DNA of 64,000 nt from Octopus sinensis (Eukaryota): contig NC_043002.1 of the NCBI RefSeq assembly GCF_006345805.1, positions 25,296,001 to 25,360,000 of the forward strand. Direction: 5' to 3'. The notes beneath the pieces are model-generated. The model worked only from the letters and a program-made list of their open reading frames with translations, did no database searches and was not told the origin of the DNA. The translations under genes were made by a program, and so were the position numbers. Position 1 is the stretch's first letter, and each line of letters starts with the position of its first letter. Positions 47,425-58,607 of the stretch are shown here, piece after piece.

Positions 47425-48950
47425 GGATCTTTTCAATTTGATGGCCAGATTTTTTAATTAATTTTTTTTTACTAAACACTGTGAAACTTCAGATACTGTT
47501 AGAATGTGTCACCTAGAACAAGGTTTACTCTTAATGTTTTTGACAAAATTTTGTATTTTAGAAGTTATTTCATGTTAAAGTTGTTGTATTTGGGTAGTTT
47601 TAACCAATCAATGATGTGTATTCAGCTGAAGAAAATTACTGCTGCTGTTTGCGAACAACAACTTCCGGGTCCACTCCCCTAACAAAACCCTTCTTTAATA
47701 ACCAGAGATGTTTTAATAGCAACACAGATTTGCTGTATCAGGGTTGATTTGAGACTAAATAACATCAAAATTATTACTGAGACAGACCAACAACGGAGCC
47801 TGTATGTGGTTGCATGACCTGCTAGAAAAAGTAGCCAAACTTTTTTATGTACAGAATAATAGAAAAACCTCTGACACATTCAGCTAGTATCTGCAGTTTC
47901 AAACTGTTTAGTTAAAAAAGATTAATTTTAAAATCTTTTAAATTAGACTAACAAGATCTGTGAAACTACTTTCGTACAACACTGGATATTAGCCATAATA
48001 TGTACCAAGTTCCCATAACATTTTCTATTTATTTCATACGAAAATCTGAATAAATTACACTAGTCAAGGGAATCTCCCTAGTTGGAATATGGATACTTGC
48101 TATCTTTTATTCTTTCAACTTTTCTTTAACTTTAGCTGCTTCATCATTCATTGAAGAATATTGTTTTAACCACTGGACAGCAGTGATTGTAATGGATCTG
48201 TGAGAAAAGGCACTCCAGCCATGACCATTTTGTCTTATTCTTTTCTAGAAGTAATGAATTCCTAAGCAAACGTTATAAAATAATATAAACCTGCATTATT
48301 TTTTTTTCTTGAAAACGGAAATTTCATTTTTCTTTTTGTCAGGAAGATTTGGTTGCTCTTTGTAGCAACTTGAGTGACCAGGTAAAGGCTCTCTCATTGC
48401 CTCATCTCATTCCCTTTGTCACTTGTTTAGTCCCGAGTTAGATCTGATTGAACAGATATGATCAAAGACATCCCAACTGTGACCATTCCGTCTTTCTTTC
48501 CAGACATGATGGACTCTACGTGTATATCACAGGATAGAGGTTTTTCTATTCTGTATATAAAAAAAGTTTGGCTACTTTTTCTAGCATGTCATGCAACCAG
48601 TAATAATTTTGTTGTTATTTAACCTCAAATCACCCCTGATACAGCAAACCTATGTTGCTATAAAAACATCTCTGGTTATTAAAGAAGGGCTTTGTTAGGT
48701 GAGTGGACCTGGAAGTTGTTCGCAAACAGCAGCAGTAATTTTCTTCAGCTGATTATACGTCATTGATTGGTTAAAATTACCCAAATACGACAACTTTAAC
48801 ATGAAATAACTTTTAAAATACAAAATTTTGCCAAAAACGTTAAGAATAAACCCTGTTCCATGTGACACATTCTACCAGTATCCGAAGTTTCAGAGTGTTT
48901 AGTTTTAAAAAAATTAATTAAAAGATTTAGTCATCAAATTGAAAAGATCC
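47425..48950. mobile_element. Fold-back element: inverted arms of about 0.42-0.45 kb around a spacer of about 0.66 kb
   Basis: 47425-47875 is the reverse complement homolog of 48535-48950. Termini GGATCTTTTCAATTTGATG; flanks ATATATTG / ATACATTG (7 of 8 match). Confidence 0.65.
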
Positions 48951-48959
48951 ATACATTGA

Positions 48960-49375
48960 TATAAACAGCTAGGCGAAATGTGATGCCATAAAGGAAAAAT
49001 TCAGTTGCCACTAAGGGTGCTGATGCCTACATTGCTAAAAATAAGTTAGAATACTCTTAATGTTGTAAGAAGGATGAGGATACACACACGCTGACAGGGG
49101 AGGCAACCATTCCATGCAAACTGAAAATCCCCAGACAAGACATCTAGTTTCGTGTTCCACAGACATCGTCAGTGAAGACTACTCGAACAGTCCATGTTCG
49201 GCTAATTCTGCCTCTTAGCATATATGTATTTACCATAAACATTTATGGACGATTTAGCAGAATGCTAATACATATACAAAAAATTAATATAAACAGCTAG
49301 GCGTAATGTGATACCATAAAGGAAAATTTCAATCACTAAGGGTGCTGATGCACCTACATTACTACAAATAAAAAC
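48960..49375 (-). mobile_element. Penelope-like pseudo-LTR fragment with direct repeats of about 90 bp and a hammerhead-like core
   Basis: tataaacagctaggcg...cactaagggtgctgatg occurs at about 48960 and 49288. Between them the minus strand reads CTGACGA...CGAAACTAG. Confidence 0.55.
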
Positions 49376-49384
49376 ATCTGTATA

Positions 49385-50695
49385 CTAGAAAAGCACTCGC
49401 AGAGCACAGACCTCCACCAAGCAGCTCATTTCCACCTCATCACACTGCTCCTGTTGCCATTATAACCATGGATACTATTTTATCCTCCTCCCATACTTAT
49501 CTTGACCTTCGTCATTATCAACACTGTCTCTGCTTTCACCACAATCACCGTCAAAACTACGATCACCACAATCAGTTTCTTTACACTGTTGAAAATCGAT
49601 TATCTGACACTCATGGGACCAAGATTGTTGCAGATTTTTGATTTTTCTAATTTCAGATTTCTTTATTAAAAAAAATATTGCATCTACAAAACGGAACAGT
49701 TTGAGGATAGAAACCAGGTCTAAACACAATAGCTTATAGACATACTCTGAATGTAATTCTATATAAATCTTAAATTTTTTTATACTTAAGACCACCAGAA
49801 ATGTTAAGATATCAGCCTCTACCCACGTCATGCTTTGATTAGATTACTTATCTAAGTTTCGGCCAAAGTTGACTCAGGCCATGTCTAATTTGATAGCACC
49901 ACCTGGAAGAGATACACAGTCAGCTCTGGGGAACCGTAGCCCATTCAAGCAGAGGGTTATTGTTTTCAGAGACATATCTGTGTGTGGGTGGTTTATCTGG
50001 TATTTGTTGGGGGTAATCATCTAGGGATCGTTTGAATGCCATGAAATGACTTTCCTCCTTTATGTGTCTGGTACGATGTTGAAGAGAGCAGGGCCAATTG
50101 AGGTAAAATAGTTCTGTCATAGTGTTGTGATACGACATGAACATTTCTGTAGTGGACGGATGGCATGGAGGCCAAGTCTCAGACGAATTTTAAAGATGGG
50201 CAATGTTGATGGGATATTTTCCACATCATACAGATGATATAGAGCTCACAGCGGCAATGGAGGGAGCAAAGCCTGAGCTTTTTGAGTCGATCCCAATAAT
50301 CAAGGCTTTTCATGTCATCCTCTGCAGACCTCCACCAAGCAGTTCATTTTAAGATAGATACGCAAGTAAAATTACTAATAGAGAAACGAAAATAAACTTT
50401 GGAATAAGCAACACCACCATAGGTTACATGGAAACGATTAACGTGTTTTCAAGGGAGATAATCAAAGAAAGTAACAATACTTCATGTAAAGTAAACATAA
50501 CAAATGAAAAATCTTTCAAGAATCCATAAAAATTCCCGGATCACTACCAAAATTTCATCATCTGTTCCTTGTGTCATTACCAACTTTTCCTGCAAGTTTC
50601 ATCAAATACCGTTCACAACCTTTTGAGTTATTTTGCACACAGATGGACAAACCAACACTAATGAAAACATCACCTCCTTCCTTGGCGGAGATATG
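49385..50695 (+). mobile_element. Putative Helentron-associated (HINE/DINE-1-like) non-autonomous element
   Basis: Subterminal inverted repeats cctccaccaag (49410) and cttggcggag (50682); contains a CR1-like fragment. Confidence 0.45.
49870..50322 (-). mobile_element. CR1/L2-like LINE 3' fragment
   Basis: Reverse strand MKSLDYWDRLKKLRLCSL..YIICMMWKI and AFKRSLDDYPQQIPDKP motifs. Confidence 0.75.
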
Positions 50696-51525
50696 AAGTA
50701 TGTGTAGGTATATATATATGTATGTGTATGTGTGTTTTACTGTTCTGCCTTGACGTCGGACAATAGTTGTGAGTGTTCCTGTCATGCAATGAGTGTTTTT
50801 TGTTTTCAATCTACGACACAGATCATGAGAAAGAACGCAAGCACCTATGGTTATGTAAACTGATCCTTTAAATACAGGGTCTGGTGCACTTGGGACAAAT
50901 ATGTAGGGTGAGTGTCTGACGATGACATGTTTTTGACATTTCTCATTCGCCGTTGTTGCTCTGGCCTCAAAATTGCTTATAAAAGTGAATGTATGTATTT
51001 ATGTACGAATGTGAGTGTGTGTGTGTGTGTGTGTGAATGTATGTATGCATGTATATGTGTGCGTGTGTGTACGAATGTTTATATGCGTATGTATATATGT
51101 ACGTGTGTGTGTGTGTTTAGCAGACAACCTGCCTCCACTCCACTTACCTATTCGGTTGTACAGACAATTTGAAATTCGCGCCACTCTTACTTTCCATGGA
51201 TGTTTACTTTCACTCTATCACTAAATTGAGTGTTTTTTTTTTTTTCTCATTCACACAGCACTTTCCAGACAGACCAATCGATTATCGTAATTTATGCACA
51301 ACTGCACGTTATTTCTAATCATCTCTTATAAAATGCTTGGTTTTTGACTGACTAATAGAAATCTTTGCTGTTGACATAGCTCCATAATCCTACCGCAAGA
51401 CTTGCTCTATCATTTCTCCATTTATGCTTTTTCTTATACCCTCTCATTCCACAGACGAAGAGAGTCGTAGCTTTGCGTACGCACACGCATAATAGAAATT
51501 TTAAATTCATGCAACGGAAGTGTCC

Positions 51526-51648
<123 letters not shown>

Positions 51649-52369
51649 ACACATTGCATAAACGATTTACCATACATGTGCATTCCCATGGAATGGAGTC
51701 AGAAAATATCTAGTGTGCCCCAACCCGTAGTTTCTTCGGTTATGTATTTTTCGGTCACACTAAGTAATTTTCGACTCTATTCCTCGGGTTTTCGCAACCA
51801 GAATAATTATATTTGGCAGAATTAATTGACTATCTTTAATCTCCATCTATATAGGAATCTTCATTATTCTTGAATGACCTGACGTATTGCTGGCCTGAAC
51901 AATTTTAGGTATCTTTACTGTGCTTTGAATGAGGTCGACAAAATCTGATTATTCTATATGTATATTATATTTTATGTTATTGAAGCAATGATGTCAGTTG
52001 TCTGACTTTTCATGATCAGATGTTCACCAATGATCTGTTGCTTTCATTAAGCATTCCCAAGAGAATATTATATTTATTTCTAACAGGTGGGTGAACTGAG
52101 TTACAAGAATAGAATATCCTGTCTAGAAACAACGAAATGCCTGTACCCATATTTGAACAAACTGCTTTATTCCTCCGGACAGTTCATCCCCACGCAAGAA
52201 GCGCACACAGCAAATGGCCGAGGAATGTTCGCAAAGACAAAATAGTGATCGAATAGTTAACAAAATAGTTATTAGAAAGAAAAGAAAAAACAGTCATTAA
52301 AATGAGTGTTACAACTGAAAGAAAGCCAATTGAACAGACACTAAGATAATATACTTGGGATATGCGCAA

Positions 52370-52915
52370 TGAAAAAATGAGAAATGTGATGCAGAAATCA
52401 GGATTGAAATAACGAAAAAGTCGTTTGAGAAAATGTCAAACACAAACTCGAAAAACATTAATATCAAAACCAGAAGATTAAGATGTTACGCATTGTCTAC
52501 TCTGCTATATGGAGCTGAAATATAGACATTAACAAAAGTACTATCAAAGAGATTACAAGTCTTTGAGATTTGGGTATATAAGAAGACTTTTGAGAATATC
52601 ATGAAGAAAACATAAAACCAATGACGAAGCACTAAAATGATTAAAACTAAGAATATTTTATTAGAGCCCATCAAAGAGAGAAAACTAAAATATATTTGAC
52701 ATTTAATCAGAAAGAAATTATTTATAGTCATTGTTGATAGACTGGAAAACGAATGAGAAGAGAACAATACGAAAACCTAGAATTTACGTAGACGGAAAAT
52801 ATCAAAAATTAGACAAGACTTAAAATACAGAGAATGTGTAAGGACAGCTGAAGAATGGTTAAGGTGGCTATTCAGGGCGTTTAACCTGCTGAGAGCAAAC
52901 GATATCTGATGAAGA
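52370..52915 (+). mobile_element. Old RTE LINE 3' fragment of a different family
   Basis: CDAEIRI..LRCYALSTLLYGAEI*TLTK..RLQVFEIWVYKK motifs with stops and frameshifts. Confidence 0.75.
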
Positions 52916-53624
52916 TGAATTTTTTTTTATCCTGGTCATTTCAATATCATAAAACATCTAAAAAAAGAGGCTTTATTATGTTTTTCTTTTAAATTTTAAT
53001 AATTTAGTGGCTATTTTTGCGAAATTTTTCTCAAAACTAAATTCCATACAAGGTCATTCTGAAAGATTTAGTTGAACGCCCCTCATTAAGTAGATATATA
53101 TACGCAGTACTTTATTACAAATAGTAATCCCAAGAGAATAAGCAGAACATCTGGTAAAAGTATTTTCCGTAAGGGTTTAATAGATATAAATCTTAGGAAT
53201 TTTCTTAAATGTGTGGGGTCCCTAATTCATATGTTGTCTAAGCTTCTCCTTTTGGCGCGTCTGCGCGTATCGAATATTTGTGTGTCTATGTGTATGTGTG
53301 TCTATATAATCTAAGTGATGCGTTTGTGTTTTGCTTATCAGTTGTTACATTTGTTTCTGCATTCGTATATGAACTTATTTTATATTAATATTTGGAGGTT
53401 CTAAAGATGGCGAGCTCGCAAAATCGTTAGCACGCCAGACAAAAAGGCATTTTTTCCAGTTTTTGATTTTTTGTTTGAATACCACAGAGATCGACTTGGT
53501 CCTTCATCCTTTCGGGGGTCGGTAAAATAATCACTAGTTGAGCACTGTGTCGATGTAACTGACTATACTCCTCCCCAAGATTTACGGCCTTGTGCCTTTT
53601 GTTGAAAGAACTATGTGGGTTTTC

Positions 53625-53698
53625 CTATAAGGTGTAGTTTTTCATATCATTACATGATATGAAAAACTACACCTTATAGATATCATGTCATGATATCT
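53625..53698. repeat. Perfect 26-bp hairpin followed by a 10-bp-arm palindrome
   Basis: ctataaggtgtagtttttcatatcat-tac-atgatatgaaaaactacaccttatag, then agatatcatg-t-catgatatct. Confidence 0.95.
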
Positions 53699-54530
53699 TA
53701 TCGAATAAAGAAAAAATATTTTATCGTATGTTCTCTTAGATACAATGGCTGATAAGAAACGGAGTCTGAGATGGAACACCTAATTGACCATTGCGTAAAC
53801 TTCAACGTTACTCTTCTGGCAATTAAAAAAGTTCGTTTTGCGGATTCATTTTCTAAGAAGAGATACAGGAGTTTCGCGGAACTTTTCCAAAGTTTACCAT
53901 ATAATTATAACTAGGTGTTATAATTCGAAACCTAACTTTCGGTTAGATACCATGAGTGAGCCACCATAGTTTCGCGTAATTGATTTATGTAAATCAATCA
54001 ATCAGCTTGAAGCTGTGACGTGATATGGCTTACTCGGATATTCTAAAATTTAACCCATTTTCACCTTATAAAAACCGTTTGGCGCCTAACTTATGGAAGA
54101 GTGTCGAGAATGGCCGACTGATTTACGCGCCTCGTTTCTTGCCAGGAAGACGACCTCTGTCATTCGAGCATACAATTTCGGACTTTTGCGCAGACGATTT
54201 GTTACATTCACACGATATCCCAATTACTAAGTTTTCAAATGCTGTACTAAACTTTAAACCTGTGGCCTTTATATTGTCAAAGCAAAAGATTAAATCCAAT
54301 AAAACCAAAAATAGCAAAAACTACTGGTACACCTTACAGCTACCTATCAAAAGAAATACATCTAAATATTCACACCTGCTTACAAAGTCCTACATACATG
54401 AATAAATTCTTAGCAATAATATAAACTCAAATTTAATTAATAAAACTTTTTCCATAACATCTCTCCAAAACAACCCACCATAGGAAGATTTTAACTCGAG
54501 ATTATGTAAAGCCAAGATTAACTTCAATGC

Positions 54531-54765
54531 ATTATTTCTATTACAACTGGATATAAAAACAAACATTTGCATATATACATAAGCGCAGGAGTGGCTGTGT
54601 GGTCTGCCCGAGGCTACTATAGAAGACACTTGCCCAAGGTGCTACGCAATGGGACTGAACCCGGAACAATGTGGTTGGTAAGCAAACTACTTACCACACA
54701 GCCACTTCTGCACTTATGTATATATGCAAATGTTTGTTTTTATATTCAGTTGTAATAGAAATAAT
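54531..54765. repeat. Inverted duplication with 73-bp arms around a SINE head
   Basis: Arms 54531-54603 and 54693-54765, 3 mismatches. Confidence 0.92.
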
Positions 54766-55489
54766 TTTACATTTTCACACCTTTTTACCATAAGGCATGT
54801 TCTTCTCCACGGTAACAGCCTTTAGCAGTTGAAATATGTAACGAACATATTTCAACTAACCTAAGTTCTGCTCATACCTAAACACTGCTTTGCACTAATG
54901 CTCCGTAGTATATGTGTCTGTGTGTGTATTTCTATTTATATTAATTTTTATATATCTTGCCATCTGTCCAACATCAACCTGATGAGGTGTTGTAACCCAA
55001 CATCCAATTGCACTTGGAACATCACTGCAAAGAATGCAAATAACCACAACGGTGAAAGGTATGTAGGGAAAAAATGATATAAACTTGTGTTTATCATCAT
55101 TTTTCACACACATACATACACGCAAACACACACACACACACAACTGAAAGGCACAGGCATAGGTGTATAGTTAAGACACTTGCCTAAGATGCCCATGGTA
55201 GGAATCTTGGACAAGTGTCTTCTATTATTGCCTCGGCCCGACCAATACTTTGTGAGTAAATTTGGTAGTGGAATCTTGTCGTATGCTCTTTTACAAGTTT
55301 CAGTAATTTGACTGCGGCCATGCTGGAGCATCACTTTTAGTCGAAGAAAGCTACCCCAAGACTTGTTTTTTGTAAACCTAATACTTATTCTATCGGTTCT
55401 TTTGCCGAACCGCTTTTTCGGGGACATAAACACACCAACATCAGTTGTCAAGCGATGGTGGGTGGGGCGATAAACACACACACACACAC

Positions 55490-55650
55490 AGTTGAAATTT
55501 ACAGAAAAACAAAAGATGAAGAAAGGTGTATAAACAACAAGCAGGTGTATTAGTTTGACGCTCGGGAAGGTGAGACAGTCTTTCACGTTTCGAGCCTACG
55601 CTCTTCAACAGAAAGGAACACGATGAAATAAACAGAGAGAGAGAGGAAAA
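55490..55650 (-). mobile_element. Penelope-like terminal fragment carrying a minimal hammerhead motif
   Basis: Same family as 58475-58640. Truncated members lacking the hammerhead lie near 10995-11060, 27770-27855 and 44225-44285. Confidence 0.6.
55580..55615 (-). ncRNA. Minimal type I hammerhead ribozyme-like motif (variant core CUGUUGA, GUG at the cleavage site)
   Basis: Minus strand CUUU-CUGUUGA-A-GAGC(GUAG)GCUC-GAAACGU-G-AAAG. Confidence 0.5.
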
Positions 55651-56774
55651 TATATATATACATCACAGGCTTCTTTCAGTTTCCGTCTACCAAATCCACT
55701 CACAAGGCTTTGGTCGGCTAGGGGCTATAGTAGAAACACTAGAGGCTATAGTAGAAAACACTTGCCCAAGGTGTCACGTAGTGGGACTGAACCTGGAACC
55801 ATATGGTTGAGAATCAAACTTCTTACCACACAGCCACCTGAAGGACTGATGGAATAGGAGTGTGAATCTGAGATGGGAGTACGTTGAATAAGATCATAAC
55901 TAATCCTATTTTTTTTACTCGAAGCCAGGAGCTTTTCAGCACCCATCATCTCTCTATATATAATCTTCTAACTTCTATATAAAATCCTTTGTTCCCATTG
56001 CATTCTCAAACGGTCCAACCAAATCAAATCAAATTTTACATGGTAATACTATCACACATGTGTGTATATACAAAATAAACAGAAAATGGAGAAATATTGA
56101 TCAACAACGATAGACTTACATCAATTATTATTTAATTTAATGCAAATAGACTGCATCCCATCTAACAGCTGTTTCTGCTTCCAATGTCGTATGATATTGC
56201 CATTGATATTCGAAAAATAATATTCATCATATTTAGTAATAAATCCGATCTGGAACATAGAGCTTCATCAGAGTGAAGAAAAATACATACATAAAAGAAA
56301 AGAAAAGAAAGAAGAACCTCGAGAGGAAAAGGAAAGGCTGAATATGTTTAAATCATACCATTTTGCTTATGTGTCGCTTTGGGACGTCGAGTAAATGACG
56401 AAACTTAAAACAATAATTGGTGGTTTAATTTTTTCTATGGGGGTATTAAGGTGGATAAGTAATAAAACAGTAAAAATAAAAAAATTACAATAACGAGATA
56501 CGCCAATAGGTTTATATATATATAAATAAGGGCAAACGAAAAAATTTCTAATGCCAAATATGCCGAAAATTGGACATATTGTCCATAACCATATAAAAAA
56601 TTATATATATATAGGCGCAGGAGTGGCTGTGTGGTAAGAAGCTTATTTCCTAAACACATGGTCCGAGTTCAGTCCCACTGCGTGGTACATTGAGCAAGTG
56701 TCTTCTATTATAACCTCGGACAAACCAAACCCTTGTGAGTGTATTTGGTAGACAGAAACTGAAAGAAGCTCGTC

Positions 56775-56840
<66 letters not shown>

Positions 56841-57153
56841 TATATATATATATATGTGTATATATATATGTGTGTATGTATATATATATATGTATGTGTG
56901 TGTGTGTGTATTATTTGTGTTTGTGTTTGACCCCCACCATCGCCTGACAACCGATGTCCTCGTCATTAGCGGTTCGGTAAAAGAAGCGATAGACTAAGTA
57001 GTAGGCTTACAAAGAATAAGTCCTGGGGTCGATTTGCTCGACCAAATGTGGTGCTCCAGCATGGCCGCCGCAGTTAAATGACTGAAGCAAGTCATATATA
57101 TACATGTATGTATGTATACAAATATATATATATGTACATGTATATATATATGT

Positions 57154-57248
<95 letters not shown>

Positions 57249-57267
57249 GTCTGTGTATGTATGTATA

Positions 57268-58045
57268 TCACCATCGTCGTCGTTTAATGTTCGCTTTCCA
57301 TGCTAGCATGGGTTGGACGATTTGACTGGGGACTGGCGAACCAGATGGCTGCACCAGGCTCCAATCTGATCTGGCAGAGTTTCTACAGCTGGATGCCCGT
57401 CCTAACGTCAACCACTCCGAGAGTGTAGTAGGTGCTTTTACGTGCCACCGGCACGAGGGCCAGTCGGACGTCACTGGCAACGGCCACGCTCAAATGGTGT
57501 TTTTTATGTGCCACCTGCACAGGAGCCAGTCAAATGGTACTGGCAACGATCTCGCTCGGATGTTTTTTCACGTGCTACCAGCACAAGTGCCAGAAGGTGA
57601 CGCTGGTAACGATCACGCTCGAATGGTGCTTTTTACGTGTCACCGGCACGGAAACCACTTTGCTGCTCTGGCAACGATCAGGCTTGGATGGTGCTCTTAG
57701 CGCTCCACTAGCACGGATGCCAGTCATCGAATTTGATTTCAGTTTCACTTGCCTCAACAGGTCTTCGCACGCAGAGTTGTGTCCAATGAAGGAAAGGTGC
57801 ACATAAGTGGGCTGGTTACATCCCTGGCATAGGTCACTTGGCTTGCCGGGTTTTCTCAAGCACAACATATTTCCATAGGTCCTGGTCACTAGTCATTGCC
57901 TCGGTGAGGCCTAATGTTCGAAGGTCATGCTTCACTATCTCATCCCAGGTCTTCCTGTGTCTACCTCTTCCACAGGTTCCCTCTACCGCTAGGGCGTGGC
58001 ACTTTTTCACACAGTTATCCTCATCCATTTTCGCCATATGACCAT
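57268..58045 (-). mobile_element. RTE LINE 3' fragment with about five hairpin units in the UTR
   Basis: ORF 57834-58064 WYGHMAKMDEDNCVKKC..GRGRHRKTW plus UTR and tail. Confidence 0.92.
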
Positions 58046-58382
58046 ACCAGCCAAATGTATACATATACTATAGCCTCAGGCCCACCAAAGCCTTGAGAGT
58101 GGATACCGTGCACGGAAACTGAAAGAAGACTATCGTATAAATGTGTGTATTTGTGTGTATCTGTTTTTGCACCCTCACCATCACTTGACAACCGATGTTG
58201 CTGTGTTTATGTCCTCGTAACTTAGCAGTTTTGCAAAAGCCACTGATAGAATAAGTAGTAGGCTTATAAAGAATGAATCCTGGGGTCGATTTCTTCGACT
58301 AAAGGCGGTGCTCTAGCATAGCCGCACTTACATGACTGAAACAAGTAAAACAATAATCCTGAGCAACGCCGGGTATCTGCTA

Positions 58383-58475
<93 letters not shown>

Positions 58476-58571
58476 AGAATTCACAAAAAAAAAAACCTCA
58501 ACAAAAGACGAAAACAGGTGGTGTAGATAACAAACAGATGTATTAGTATAACGCTCAGGAAGTGAAAAAGT

Positions 58572-58607
58572 CTTTAACGTTTCGAGCCTACGCTCTTCCA
58601 CAGAAAG
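58572..58607 (-). ncRNA. Minimal type I hammerhead ribozyme-like motif (variant core CUGUGGA)
   Basis: Minus strand CUUU-CUGUGGA-A-GAGC(GUAG)GCUC-GAAACGU-U-AAAG: stem I 4 bp, stem II 4 bp, palindromic ACGU stem III. Activity untested. Confidence 0.55.

Noticed and set aside
50821-50908. Plus-strand exon bounded by acacag and gtgagt
   Set aside because: Stops in all three frames and no linked exons; cannot be supported without RNA data.
54025-54405. 126-aa plus-strand ORF
   Set aside because: No recognisable motif, convincing splice sites or coding-like composition.
56643-57306. ORFs rich in YIYI/HTHT/CVCV (also at 27725-28171, 50912-51825 and 58332-58625)
   Set aside because: These are translations of dinucleotide microsatellites.
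57430-57725. CRISPR-like repeat-spacer array
   Set aside because: It lies in a eukaryotic LINE 3' UTR, the variable parts are short loops with related sequences, and no cas genes are present. Kept as a hairpin-array finding instead.
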